Assembly: GCF_018977255.1 (NCBI RefSeq)
Contig: NW_024704743.1
Coordinates: 24,802,001 to 24,866,000, forward strand
Length of the DNA: 64,000 nucleotides
Origin: Callorhinchus milii
Lineage: Eukaryota
Direction of reading: 5' to 3'
Below the pieces are notes generated by a model. That model ran no database searches. It saw only the letters and a list, made by a program, of their open reading frames with translations, and was not told where the DNA came from. Below are positions 11,401 to 26,400 of this stretch, piece by piece. A program made the position numbers and the translations under genes. How positions within the stretch are numbered: position 1 is the first letter of the stretch; the number at the start of each line of letters is the position of its first letter.

Positions 11401-14400
11401 TTCCCCACCAACTCTACCCTACCCTGAACATGGGCTGATTAGAAGAAAAATCAGATGGACTTCCTCTTCTTTATGGCTTTATGACTATTCCCTGCTGGAA
11501 TTGCATGTTTATGAAGTGCACAGTTATGAACATTAGGTGAACATATGAGCATTTTGTGAAGACAGATTTTGACGCAACTCGATGGTCATAATAGTCAAAT
11601 ATCATGCAGACACTAACTTTGTGAATTCAAAAATGAAGAATGACCACTTAGGCAAACGTCCCTCCTCCCTCCAGCCTGAAGGAGAGGGGGAAGATAAACA
11701 GCGTTTTAAAAAAAAAAGGATTCTTAGGATAATATTTCTTACCTTTACATTTGTTCCTGATTCCCGCTCAAATTTGCTTGAAAATGATTGTAAATAGGTG
11801 GCAGTCAAATCAATTTGATCCGTTCTTGACAACTGAATTTCTTTCAATTTCTTCACGATATCTTCATTGTATTTTTCAAAGGCTGATTCGAAGACTGTCC
11901 CTCCAGCTTCGTTCTTTATGTGAAATCCCACTCTGATGTTCAGATACGAGCTGCAGCTGACATTCTGTAAGCTCACCATTCTCTGTAAGATATCATTCAG
12001 ATGTGTCTGGAGTCTCTGTGCTCCGCTAAAGATATTGGAAAACCGTTTCTGCCTGGGAACGTCAAATCCCACAGCAACATCTACTGTGCAATCTGGAAGA
12101 GACAAGAATTTACCTAATTTATTATCACAGCGAAATTACCAGGCTACACTCTAAGTCCAGCAAATGTTGCGCTCGTGAGGATGAGGTTAAGGCTGAAGTA
12201 TAGCATTGGGGGACAAGAAGAGGTAGCTTTACTTTATATCTAACCAGAACTGGAGTGTTTGTTGGTCAGACAATCTGCTCATTAGATGCAGGAATATTGC
12301 ATTTTCCTCTATTTAATGAGCAGAAAATGCAAGATTTTCCTTTAATTTATTTTATTTTGTTTAAATACAACTGTAAATTGCAAACAGCAACAACAAATTA
12401 CATTTTTATAGTGCCTTTCATGTCAGGAGAACGTCCCAAGGCGTTGGGCAGTCAGGGATCTGCACCCAAGCTGGTAGTTGAGATCAGGGTGCGCGGCGAT
12501 TTGGGGTAGGAGGGTGAGCGAAGCCACGATCGAAGAGAAGGGTCTTGAGATGAAGCAAGGGAGGGGGCGAGGCATCTTGAAGCAGGCAAGGGAGGGGACG
12601 AGGCAGAGGGACTGTGGAATGGAGTTCCAAAGGGTGGCAGCAAGAGAGGCTGAAGGCCCACCCACCCATGCTGTGAGTTCAAAGGTTATTACAGCATTTA
12701 GCCATAATAACTGATGTACTATAAAACTGTCACATACAGCAACAGCAATGTGCATTCGCATAGCGCCTTTTATGAAGGACAATGTCACATAGTGTTTGAC
12801 ACATACCTTTACTTGGCATGTCCTTGCAGATTTTCCTGACAATTCTCGGCGTAATCTTTTCTATATTTTTACTAGTTTCAACAAAATATTTTGTATCCTG
12901 CGAGGCTGTGATTTGTAACAGCTGATTTATATCTGCCTTTCCTATGCCCAGTGCGAAAATATTTATGTTCTCATCTCTCAGAGCATTAGCGGGTGCAACC
13001 ACCTCATCATTGGATCGGCCATCTGTTATTAGCAATAGGAATTGGGGCACTCCATCAGCCTTCCGGCTACCAGCTTCTCTCGTGAAGAGACTGTTCACAT
13101 TTGTTAACGCAAATCCAATGTTAGATCCCTGATTCATTTGGACGATTCCCTCGATTTCGGCAATTAATGAAGTTCTTTCTGAAAAATCCTTCAGGAAGAA
13201 TTCTTTACGGAAAAGCGTGCTAAATTGAGCCAGTCCGATCTGGACCTTGTTCGGGGCAATCTCAAAAGCGTTCACAATTTTTTTCATGAAAGCCTTCATC
13301 TGCCTGAAGTCTTCTGCCTCAATGCTTTCGGATCCATCAACGAGGAAAACAATATCTGCTTGCTGAAGTTTACACTCTGTCAAGAGATATTAATAAACAC
13401 TGATGTAAAATTATATATGACACTACAATTTATTGATATATTTCTAGACATAATCAGACTACATAACATGCTGTAAAGTATCAGTCATCTCATTTAATGT
13501 TGTCATAATTAACTTAACAACATACGAATTGCTGGACGAAAAAAGACCAAGGTCCATCCAGTTGGCCTTCCACCACCTGGCAGTGGTGTGCACCTGTCAT
13601 GTCTCAAACTATATACTATATCTCACAATATTATTTCCTAAAAGAGATCTATGTTATTTTCTTTTGAAAGAATCAAGACTTTCTGCTTCCACCGTCTCCT
13701 TAGGGATCCTGTTCCATACATTTACTACTCGCTCACTGAAATAGTGTTTCCTCAGATTTACTTTGAATTTATCTCGCTTCAATCGCAAGCCATGTCCTCT
13801 GGTTCTGGACCAAATAAAACAGCTTATCATGGTCTATACGATCCATTCCTCTTAGAATCTTAAAAAAAATGCTGTCATATCGCCTGTCAACCTTCTCTTT
13901 TCCAGCGTGTACATGCCCAGTTTACACAAAATTTGATAATTTTTTGATAAAACACAGTCAGTGTTTCAATTTACAAATGGCACAGTAAATTGAAAGGTCC
14001 GAGCTGGCCGAGGAAAAAGGGATGGGCAGAGTAGTGGAGTGTGAGCAGGTTGGAAAGGGATGGAAATGCTGGGACACGAAGTGACCATTCAGTGACAGGG
14101 AAGCAATGGAGCCTGGGCAAGGACTGGGGTGATGAGGGTACAGAGTTTGGTATGGATGAGGATGTGTGCAACAGAGCATAACTAAATTAGCATAAAGGCA
14201 TTTAATTAATATATGAAGGTGCCACATCCACTACAACATTTGACACTACATGTAAACAGAGAAAGGCATATTGCCTGGAATTCCACCTCGTCTTGCCTAT
14301 AAGACTATTTATCTTAAAATGCAAAAATATGCAGAATTGTGAATAATTCACAAATGTAATCTTGATTTAGAAGCTGGTCTTTTGAGATTTGCAGAAAATC

Positions 14401-17400
14401 ACATTCTAAATCATTCATTCCTGAATGAAACTGGATTCAGGAATTGTCCAGAATTCTGCAATTATTTTAAATTTTAAGATGAAATAGTCTTGCGGGTATT
14501 TTAGTCCTATTGAGGAGAAATGTTTTAACTCTGGCCACCCAGTTGCGGCACATAACTGACCCTCCAGTTTCCATTATTATATCCTGCTTCATGGTCTATA
14601 ACTACATTGCAGTAGCCCAGAATCATACCCTGTATACCTGGAACCACCATCCCGTGTTCAGAGATTCCTCTGAATATTGTGAGAAACTTACAATAGCTGG
14701 TTGCTATTGGCTTTTTAACACCCATAAATGTCTGTGTGTTCCTGTACTCTTATATAATGCCCAACTAGGGGCTTGAAAGACAGTGAGAACTGTATGCAAA
14801 TATTATCCTTAAAAAAGAAATGGCTAACAGTACTCCAAAATTAGGTTAACCTAATTTCAATCAGTTTACCCCAAATCCACCTGTTCTTTTTTTCATAATC
14901 AATCATTTACCTGGGTTGGTGTTGGCGCAAATCACCTTTGAAATATCTCCAGTTATGCTTTTCAACGTTTCAAAGTTCTGAACATAAAAGTAGTTTCCTG
15001 TTGGACCAACAATTGTCTGGAGCTCTTCTTCGTTGGCTTCAGCTACTCCCACAGCAAAGATGTTGATGCCTTCATCTCTAATATCTTTAGATGTGTCTGG
15101 TACATTAACCGAATCTGTGGCTTTACCATCAGTAATAACTATGAGGAACTGTGCAACCCTGTCTGATCTCCGACCACCTTCCTCGGTAGTTAAGAGCCCC
15201 TTTGCCTCCTTAAGGGCAAGTGCTGTGAATGTCGATCCCCCTTCCCTTTGCATCCCATAAATGGCTTCTCGGACATCACTTTTGGTCTTGTACTGGTTCA
15301 GCTGGAATTGGACTACAGGTGTGGTACCATACACTACAGCCCCAAACCGAACCTTGTCAGGGGCAACATCTGAGTTGTTCACCAATGCTACCATGAACCT
15401 TTTCATGCTCTCAAAGTCACGTTGTTGTATGCTGCCTGATCCATCTATTACAAAGACAATATCTCCCACATCTGTTCTTGCACAATCTGGAGGAGAAAAA
15501 TAGCAATAACATTATCAGTAATTTTATTGGTTAACTGGAGCCTTACGCATGCAGAAACCCATCACCATGCATAAAAGTGTCCAAACCAGTCTGAGTTCTA
15601 CATATGCCACTTACACATGGAAACTTCTGTGTTTGGAATGGAATGTGCGCTCTCCCCCTGGAACGACATACCCTGCTTACCTAATTCTGAAGAGTACTAA
15701 GCACAGTTTGGCAAGAGCCAAGGCTCTGGGACCCCAGAGTGTATGCTGGGATCCTCCTGAAATTTAACCAGTTAAAAACCAAGTAACTTGCCATTGAGAT
15801 TCATTATTAAGGAACTGTTAGAAAAAACCGTAAACAAAATCCCTCAACTGTTCACTTTTAGCTTTAAGTTATTCTGTATAGTATTAATGGTACATTATAC
15901 TAACCATTCGGTACACTGCAGATCTCCCAGAAGATTTGTTTCTCTGGATCATCCAAGTCATCAAAGTTTTCAACATAATGGACTTTATCTGGGGATCCTC
16001 CAATCTCCAGAAGCTGAGTATTGTTAGCGTTGAAGACACCAATGGCAAAAACAGTGATTCCTTTATCTCTTAAAGCTTTAGCAGGTGCAAGGACCTCATC
16101 CTGTGCCTCTCCATCTGTAATCACTATGAGGTACTGTGCAATATTAGGTCGACCTCCTCTTGCTCCATCAAAGTAATCTGCAGTAAATGTCAGTGCACGA
16201 CCTGTTTGAGTTCCCCCTCCCAACTGCTGAATGTTATATATTGCCTGCTGTAAGTCAGGTTTTGTAGAATGAGTATTAAGTTGGAATTCTGGCCGTGGAT
16301 ATGAACCAAACTGTATTGCACCGACTTGAACCTTATCCGCTCCGATACTAGTTTTGTTTACAATAGAATTCATGAACATTTTCATTTTTGCAAAATCCTC
16401 AACGTTTATGCTTCCTGAACCATCTATTAAGAAGATGATGTCAACTGTGTCCAATTTACTGCAAGCTGAAAGAAATAAATTGCAGATGATATTGCCATCA
16501 TTGTCATCAGCTATGAGTTTCATCATCAAGTCACATTGTTAAAAAAAAATCATAAACTGCTCACTATACAAAAAAATCACAATCTTAGTGAAGGTGTGAA
16601 GGCTCCCATTATAGTTGATGGATAGTGCAGTAGGTTAAAGAACTGTCCCTTAGGTCCTGGTTTGAATCCAGACCACATTGATGTATGAAGTCTCCACTCT
16701 CTTTGCCAGCTATAAGTTTATTTTGTGAAATAAGTTTGCCCAACCCAATTCTAAATGGGTGCAAGTCCACACACAAACTTTCCAATTATTTGGCACAAAT
16801 TACAATAAATTGGTAAACTCACTCGGGAAGGCCATGAGATCAGGTGGTGAAGAATATGGAAATAAAACACCTTTGTGCAATAGTCCGTATTCTAACAGGG
16901 TTGATATTAATGCAATTTGCTGAAGAAGAGCAGAGGGAGTTAGCCCCTGAATGCTTTACAAGAGTGGGAATATTTCACGGTGTTATAAAAAAGTGAGAAA
17001 GTGTTGTATTTTCAAAATGATATCCCTAAACTTAGTGAGTACAGCAGTTAGTCCTGTTTGAAAAATATATTCAAATGATTAATAATTCAGAAACTCAGAA
17101 AATTTACTGAGAAAATATGAAAGCAAATCTATATTAAGGCATTTTGGGATGTGTGGGGCAAAATTCCAGCTGGGTCTAGTTTTAGTCTATTATCTAGTCT
17201 CAAATTCCTAAATCCAGTCTTTCATTTTGAAGCCATTTGTTCTGCAAGTTATTTTAAGAACTACATTAAGAACAACTTTGTGAGCCCTCTTGTTATATTC
17301 AATCAGAATATTCATTTGTAGTTAGATAATTCTCTATATACACTTATTATTCCCACTTGTGGGGAAATTAAATTATTTTGTTTTCATTTCTGTTCATTTT

Positions 17401-20400
17401 CCTTTTGAAAAAGTAACAGTGGAACAGGATACAAAGAAGAACCAGTGATCTAATAGCAATAATGAAATAATGCAATAATGAAGGTAAAAATGTTTATCAA
17501 AGGGGCAAATTGTTTCACCTCTCAGTGCCAAAGCAATTACTGACATGGTGAAATCCACAATACTGTATAAGGGTTGTTCATTATGGCATAGCTGCTGCAG
17601 ATACTAATTTATAAAGCACATTGAAGAATACCTCTTACCTTCTACTGAACAGATTTCCCGCACAATGCTGTTCTTCAAATCTATTAAAAAATCCAAGCTG
17701 GTGACATAAAATACTTTTTCTTGAAATCCTCCAATCAGCAGAAGTTCAGCTGGATCTGCTTCGCCCGCACCTATAGCATAATTGACTATTCCCTCTTGTC
17801 TTAGTTCCTCAGCAGGAATTTCCACACTATCCTCTGATTGACCATCTGTGATGATAATTAGAAAACGCCGCACTCCATAGCTACGAGTTTTTGCCGCTTC
17901 ACTGAAAAGAGTCTTCATGTAAGTGAGTGCACGGCCCGTCTCAGTGCCTCCTCCAATCTGAACAATTTGATTCATTGCCATCTCCAATTCTGTGTTGGTG
18001 GAATACTGAGTCATGTCAAATTCTGTTTGTGGAGCTGATCCAAATTGGACAACGCCAATGCGAACCTTGTTTGCTCCAATACGGAAGGTCTTCGCTACTT
18101 CTTTCATGAACATTTTCATGTCTTGGAAGTTGTCAGGTTGTATACTGCCTGATCCATCAATCAGGAAAAAGATATCAGCTTCTTCAGTCTCAATACACCC
18201 TGAAAAAAGATGAGTAACACAGTTTAAATTATTGAAACCAACTGAATGACATGCAAGATATTCACTTTGCTGTATTTCCACAATTCTCTCTTTCAGAATT
18301 TGTAGATTTGTCTAAATGTATAACATGTTCTTAAGTGTACCAAGCTACAAATTCTTAGAATCATAGAATCATACAGCACAGAAAGAGGCCATTCGACACA
18401 TCGCGTCTGTGCCAGCTCCTAAAAGAGCAATCCAACTCAATCCCACTGGCTCGCTTTCTCTCCATAGCCCTGCAATCCTGCCCTCCCCAAATACCCATCT
18501 ACTTCTCTCTTAAAAGTTGTTATTGAATCGGCTTCCACTATCCTTTCAGATAATGCATTCCAGATCCAAACAACTCACTGGGTGAAAAAAAAATTCCTAA
18601 CCTCCCCTCTGTTTCTTTTAACAACTATCTTAAATCAGTGTCCTCAGGTTAGTGAGCCTCATGCCAGTGGAAACAGTTTTTCCCGGTTCAACCTATCAAA
18701 TTCTCTCACGATCTTGAAAACCTCGATTAAATCCCCTCTTAATCTTCACTGCTCTAGGGAAAATAATCCTAGTTTCGCTAACCTCTCCTCATAACTAAGG
18801 TCCTTCATTCCTGGTACCATCCTGGTAAACCTCCTTTGCCCTCTCTTCAATGCCCTAACATCTTTCCTAAAGTGCGGTGCCCAGAACTGAACGCAGTACT
18901 CCAACTGATGCCTAACCGGCATTTTATAAATATTCAACGTAACCTCCTGACTTTTGAATTCTATGCCCCTATTTATAAAACCAGTATCCCGTATGCTTTT
19001 TTAACAGCTTTATCTACCTGTCCTACCACCTTCAGAGATTTGCGTATGTGGACTCCCAGGTCTCTCTGTTCATTTGCCCCTTTAAGATTTTACCATCTAG
19101 CTTATACTGCCTCTCCTTATTCTTCCTACCAAAATACAACACTTCGCATTTCTCCACATTAAACCTCATCTGCCATGTTTCTGCCCATTTTACCAATCTG
19201 TCTAAGTTCTCTTAGAGACTGGTGCTATCCTCCTCACCATTAACTACTTTTCCTAGCTTAGCATCGTCTGCAAATTTGAAAATTGTGCTCCCTATATCCA
19301 GGTCCAGATCATTAATATAGATCAGAAAGAGCAGTAGTCCCATTACCGACCACTGAGGGTCACCACTACACACCTTTCTCCAGTCAGAAAAGCAACCGCT
19401 TACTACCACTCTCAGTTTTCTGTCTCCGAGCCAGTTCTGGATCCATGTTGCCAAGTCCCTTTAATACCATGGGCTTTTATATTGTTTATAAGTCTTGTTA
19501 GAATATACACTTTTTGTATACTGTTAGAATCACAATAGATGTTGTGAATGGGTTAAATTTTAAGTTAAGTGTGGGGGACAACTGGACTGACAGTCATGGG
19601 ATAGGACACATCTGGTTTTCTCTGTTTTTGAAAGAATAACAGACAGGGGCAGGGGGTCACCTCTTATCAGTAAATGACAACAAGCCACAGAGGTAACGGT
19701 CCAAGGTACCAGTCGACACAGGATCTCGACTGAGCAATAAGTAGCTAGATTCTGACAGGGCCTGCCAACCGAAAAAAGGCAACCCTCAAGAATAGCAATT
19801 AATGAGCAAGTTGCTTAAACTTGGACCTGACATTTGTCATAAGCCTCCTTTTTCTGTTTTATTTTAATCCCAATTTCCTTAGTCATCCAGCGAGGTTTGA
19901 CTGTCCTACCTTTCCCCTTTGTGGGAATGTATTTGCTCTGGCCCTGAACTATCTCCTCTTTGAAGGCTTCCCATTGTTTGTTTGCTGTCTTACCTGCCAA
20001 TTTATCTTGGCCAGGTCCCTTTTTAGCTCACTGAAATTAGTACACTTCCAGTTGAGGGTCTTTACCTTTGATTGATTGTTGTCCTTTTCTATAACTATTT
20101 TAAGCCTAATGATATTGTGATCACTGTTATCCAATACTCTCCTCCTGAAACCTGCTCCACTTGCCCCACTTCATTTCCCAGAACTAAATCCAGCAAAGCT
20201 TTTTTCCTCGTTGGGCTGGAAACACGCTGATCCAGAAAGTTCTCCTGCACACATTTCAGGAATTCCTCCCCTTCCTTGCCCTTTACACTGTGTGTTCCCC
20301 AGTACGAAATTAAATGGTGTAATTTCATTCTTATTGATTTGTACATAGCACGGAGTGGCGTTCAGGCAGTCATCCAAAGCGAGAAAAGGTAAATTACCCA

Positions 20401-23400
20401 GGCCATGCACATGCTCCTTCCTCCTGATTATAAGATCACAAGATTGTTTCGGAAGAAGGGCCTTTAGCTCATTTCACCTCAACCTTCCAGAATAACTGCC
20501 CACCCGTCTTCCCATTACAGCACCAAGTTTTTTTTAAAAACATAACATCCTGACCTCAACTGCCCTTTTCGCAATCTGTTCCAGTTATTAATTTACCCTC
20601 TGGATAAAGAAAAGCTTTCTGGTGTCTTTCCTAACGTTTGCAACCTATGCCCTCTTATTCCACTGTCTTGGTGCATCCAAAAGTAATGGACAGCTGAAAG
20701 AAAAATTATCAGATATCAGGAAGTATATTTAATGACAGATGGAAGAACTAATAATTTGTGGGTAAAAATGAATAAAAAAATGGAAAAGCAGGTATTCTTT
20801 TATAAATTTGTTTTAAAATAAAACAGGAGCTCTTTTTTGGAAAGGTGATGTTTGCTCCAAATCCCAATCAATCACGAACCTCTCTCCTGCAAGGAAACAC
20901 ACTCTTTTTTTTATTGAGAAACTCAGGTGTAGAGCTGACATTGGCCCATGAAGAGCCGAAAAGAGTAGCAGAGAAAATTAGATAAATCAAGAGAGGTTAA
21001 TGGAGACTATTATTATATTACTATTATTAGTAACTACAGATATTTTGAAGAGTTTGCCCTCTGAACTAAGTCTGAAATACATATTGAGTTTAGGAACAAT
21101 TTTCGACACTGATTCCCGAACCTCACCTTGTTCGAGAATTGCTGTTCGTTCGGACACTACCGCTGTTTGTTTACCAATCTCACTGCAAACCTTCTTCTGG
21201 AAGTTTCTCTCAATGGCTGAGAGCTGTATGTAATCATCTATTTTGGAAATGTAACTTCTCGATGGATACGAGGCAATGTGTCGAAGTTCAGTCTCATTAG
21301 CATTCTGGATCCCTAAAGCAAACATGATGACACCTGACCGTCGGAGAGTGGCGGCTGCTTTACCCATTTTATCCTCGGATTCTCCACTAGTGATCACAAT
21401 CAGTAACTGGGGGATCCCAATTCTTGCCCGACTGCCAGAACGGTCTGTAAAGTAAGTTTGTCGCACAAAATTGAGAGCAGTCTCAGTGTTTCTGCCTCCT
21501 CCCCTGTACGTCATTGATTGGATGTGGTCCAGGACGTCGCTCTTGTTTTGATAACGGTTTAGATAAAATTCAGCCACCGGGCTATTGCTGTACTGTGCCA
21601 AGCCGATGTGCACGTAATCAGGGCTCACCTCCAAGATGTCGATAAAATTATACAGAAAAGATCGGATCAGCTGAAAGTTTACTGTCCCAATGCTGCCCGA
21701 TTCATCCACCAGGAAAACAATATCAGCAACTGAAGCAGACTGGCACACTAGAAATGAAGAGCACAAAAGTGTTCAGTTATAATATGTACAAAATGCTCCC
21801 TGAAATACTTTATGAAAATACCAAAGTAATGTTACAGGTATGACGAGCGAGAGCACCAATAAAATGATGATATAACTTGAGGCACAGGGTTGGTAATTAT
21901 TTGTTCATCCCCACAATCTCCCTATTGGTGCAGTGGAGATCCAACACCACAGAGATAGGTGACAGAGAAAATACACGGGCTGCCAAACCCTGTCAGTGTC
22001 CTATCTGAGTCACTACAGCAACAACAACTTGGATTTATATAGTGCCCTCCACGCCGGACGGTGTCTCAGAGCGCTTTACAGTTTAGGATCCCGGGGCTGA
22101 GCCAGGGAGAGGAAGGTGACCAAAGCCGCGGTCGAACAGAAAGGTCTTCAGCAGAGACCTGAAAATGGGGAGGGAGCGAGACGAAAGGAGTGAGGAAGGC
22201 AGTTCCAGAGCCTCGGGGCATAGTGGCTGAAGGCACGGCCGCCGAGGGTGGAGCGGAGGACTCGGGGGACGAGGAGGAGGCCAGACACAAAGGAACGAAG
22301 GCAACGGGTACTGTGCTGAGAAGAGGAGGTCAGAGAGGTAGGGCGTTGCAGAGGAGTGCAGGGATTTGAATACGAGGGTGAAGATCTTGAAAGCGATCCT
22401 CTCTGGGACAGGCAGCCAGTGTAGTCTGGCAAGGACTGGGGTGATCGGGGAGCGGAGTTTCGTACGGGTGAGAATGCGGGCGGCAGAGTTTTGAAAGAAT
22501 TGGATTTTATGGATGGTAGTGGAGGGGAGACCAGTGAGGCGGGCATTTGAATAGTCCAGCCGAGAGGTGACAAAGGCATGGACCAGAGTTTCAGCGGCTA
22601 TTGGGGCGAGGTATTGGCGGAGACGGGCGATGTGTCAGAGGTGGAAGAAGGCGGTGCTGGTGAGGGACCAGATGGGGGGGAGGAAGGATAATTGGGGGTC
22701 GAACCTGACGCCGAGGTTGCGTACGGGTTCGGAGAGTTTTAGGGGGAGGTCAGGTAGGTGGAGGAGGTGAGAACCGTGAGATTTTAGACGTTGACGAGAG
22801 CCGAAGAGTATGGCTTCCATCTTGTCAACGTTCAGCTGAAGGAAGTTTGCGCTCATCCAGCCCCTGAGGTCTGACAGGCAGGCTGACACAACATCAGGGG
22901 ACTGGGGGTCGCAAAGAGAGGTGGAAAAATAGAGCTGGGTGTCATCTGCATACATGTGGAAATGTATCCCATGTCTGCGGATGACATCCCCAAGAAAGAG
23001 CATGTAGATCAGAAAGAGGAGGGGGCCAAGGATGGATCCTTGGGGTACCCCGCAGGTGACCGTGTGAGAGCGGGAGGAGAAGCCGTTTTGCAGATGTACT
23101 GCTGGCGGTTTGTGAGGTAGGACTCGAACCCGGCGAGTGCGGTCCCACTGAGGTGGATGACGGAGGAAAGGCGGTGGAAGAGGATGGCGTGATCCACTGT
23201 GTCCCATGCAGCGGAGAGGTCCAGGAGGACAAGGAGGCAGAGGGAGCCCTGGTCACAGATAGAGAGGATGTCATTTGTGACTTTCATAAGCACAGTCTCT
23301 GTACTGTGGGCAGCGCGGAAACCGGACTGGAGGGGTTCGAAGAGGGATTGGGAGCAGAGGTGTACGCGAAGTTGGTTGGCAACAATGCGTTCCAGAACTT

Positions 23401-26400
23401 TTGAGAGGAAGGGCAGGTTAGAAATAGGACGGTAATGGCTGGGGTTTGAGGGATCTAGTGAGGGTTTTTTCAGGAGTGGGGTGATGACAGCAGTTTTGAG
23501 GGAGGCAGGGACTGATCCGGAGGAGAGGGACTGGTTGATAATGTCAGCCAGTAGTGGGCAGAGGAGGGGGAGCTGGGTGACCAGTAAGTTGGTGGGGAGG
23601 GGGTCGAGGCAGCAGGTGGTGAGTTTCATGGAGGTGATGGTGGGTGAGAGGGAGGAGGGAGAGATGGGGAGGAAAGAGTGTAGAAAGGGGGTGGTGGTAG
23701 GAGCAGATGATGAGGAAGGTAAGGAGGGCAGAGAGGGTGTGGCGGTGGGTGACAAGGGGCAGGTGGATGAGGCTGCCTGGCGGATGTTCAGTATTTTTGT
23801 TGAAAAGAAGTCCATGACCTCCTCGCACTTGGCATTTGATACGAAGATTGAGGAGGCCTGAGGGGGGCACGGAGGAGGTAGTGGGTGGTGGAAAAAAGGA
23901 TTTTGGGGTTGTGTTTAGCCTCCAAGATGATGTTGGAGTAGAAGGCCGTTTTTGCGTGTGTCACAGAACGGCGGTAGCTGTGAGATGCTCGAGCCACAGT
24001 TGGCGGTGAACTGTCAGGCCAATTTTCTGCCATCTGCACTCGAGCAGACGGGTTTGAGTTTTTTGGCGGCAGAGATGGTTGTTGTACCAGGGGAATCGGG
24101 TGGGTTTGGAGATGGTCCTGGATTTTAGGGGTACAAGGGAGTTGAAAGTGGAGGAGAGACGATCATGGAGCAGCTGGACGGCTGCTTTAGGATCTCCGCG
24201 GGTGGAAGGCCAGACGGATAGGATGTTTGAAGATGAGAGGGCCTTTGTGAGGGACTCAGGGGGTAGCCTTTTCCAAGGGCAGTTGAGAAAGGTTGAGGGC
24301 TTGGTGGACGAAAGAGGGATGTGAGAAGAGAAGGAGATGAAAAAGTGGTCCGAGATGGCCTTGTCCACTATGCTGAGGTTGGAAATGTCAAGGCCATGGG
24401 TGATGATGAGGTCAAGTGCATGACCACGGTTATGGATGGGTGAGTTTATATGACACTTATAACAACATTAATGTCGTTCGTTGCCAGTGCACCAGTAATA
24501 ATATTTTTCTCTGAAGATACAGAAAGAGTATTTGTACAAATAACAAATGGTCTTAATTTCCTTTCTCTTTGACTGCTTTAATACAGATGATTTGAGAATA
24601 AAACTGGAATTGAAATCCAGGCGTCACCATAAGATTCAGTGTGATGGCCCCAGGGATCCTGACTAAGGGAACAATGAGCAAAAGATGTCTGTTTTGTATG
24701 AACAACAAGATTGGAATACAAAATAAGTGGCTGATGAAATTTTCCAAGTTGTTGCTGATTTGGTCAACTATTTTAACAAATTCGGTGGATTAAGCAAGCA
24801 AGATCAATTATGAAAGGCCATAAATATAAAATAGTCACCAATAAATCAAATAGGGAAGTCCGAAGGTTCTTTACCCAGAGAGTGGTGGAATGTGGAACTT
24901 GCTACCAAAAGGAGTAGTTGAGGTGAATAGCATAAATATATTTAAGGGGAAGCTAGATAAGTACATGAGGGAGAAAGAATAGGAAGTTATGCTGATAGGC
25001 TTAGTTGATAAATGGCAGGAGGAGGCTCATGTGAAGCATAAATGCCGGCATAAACCAGTTGGGCTGAATGGCCTGTTTCTGTGCTATATAATCTATGTAA
25101 TACCTCATAAATAAAGTTGAGAATGGTGAACTCAGCTCCGAGGCCAAGATTCCTCAGCTCATATCTTAAAACAGCTGTCTTAAAATTTAAGATCATGCAA
25201 AATTTTAGCAAATTGTTAAATTTAGCCTTAATTTGGAAACCAGTTTTCTGAAAGAGGTGGAAACCAACTGATAAGTTAAGACCAAATTTAAGAGTTCTAC
25301 AAATCGTTCTAAATCTGTGTTTTACTGTGCTGACAATGTATTTATTGGTTCATGGAGAATTGTGGGCTGGATCATTCGTTCAAATCCACTGACAGACACT
25401 TTCTGAGGAGCAGATGGGAATGGAGAAAATTATAAAATTTTTACAAATATTTAAGTATCTACAAAGCAACAAAATATAAATATGTGTTTATTTGCACTTT
25501 TGCATCTGTCGGTTTAACTTTCCTTTCATTCTAAATAATATGCAAAATTACAGAAGCGTGCTACACTTCGTGAATTAAATACACTTCATAAAATGACTGA
25601 ATAAAAGTTGTTATCGAGAGAAAGGACTTAAAGTGGTTACCTTCTGGGGCTTTGAGCTCTCTGTGCAGAAACTCGTTTCTCACTATCGTTTTCATTGCAG
25701 TGGATATACGGTCAGATAGTTGAACAAGAGCACTAAAAGCACTGATCTGGAAAACAAATGGAAAATTTGGAAGGAAAGCTATCTTTTTCATCTCAGTTAA
25801 TTCTGAATTCCTGACACCGATGGAGATGACTTTCACACCATGGTTTCTTAAAGCTCTGGCAGGCACTATAACATCATCCTGTGATGATGCAGAGGTGATT
25901 ATTATAGCAATCTGTGGAACACCTTCTTTCTTCCGGCTTCCAGCAGACTCTGTGAAAAAGATCCTGAGGAGGTAATCAATTGCACTCCCTGTTCTTAATG
26001 CCTGTCCTCCTCTAAATGCAAAACTGCGACCGCTCCTTATGTAGTTTATCATCTCTGGTATGTTTTGATATGTGTTCAGTAGGAATTCAGTTCGTGCTTT
26101 AGCACCAAACTGACCAAGCCCAATACGGAATTTGTCCACGCTAACATCCAGCTGAGAAACGATTCTGAAAATAAAGTTTCGTATCTGTTGAAATCCTGAT
26201 GCTCCCATGTTCTGAGATCCATCGACAAGAAAAACAACATCAGCGTAGCGTACAGCAAAGGCTGTGAATCAGAAAATAAAAATATTGCATTAGTACCTGA
26301 GACGACATGCTTATCAGACTGTTTGATATGTTAGGGTTTTAGGTCACCTTGACTCAAGATAAACAATGTTAGCAATCCTGGTCAACAATTCTCCAGTGAA

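Noticed and set aside
22016..24452. Active or domesticated reverse transcriptase
   Set aside because: It is 5'-truncated and split by frameshifts. The same holds for 30189-31987 and 48160-49428 (YEDD instead of YADD).
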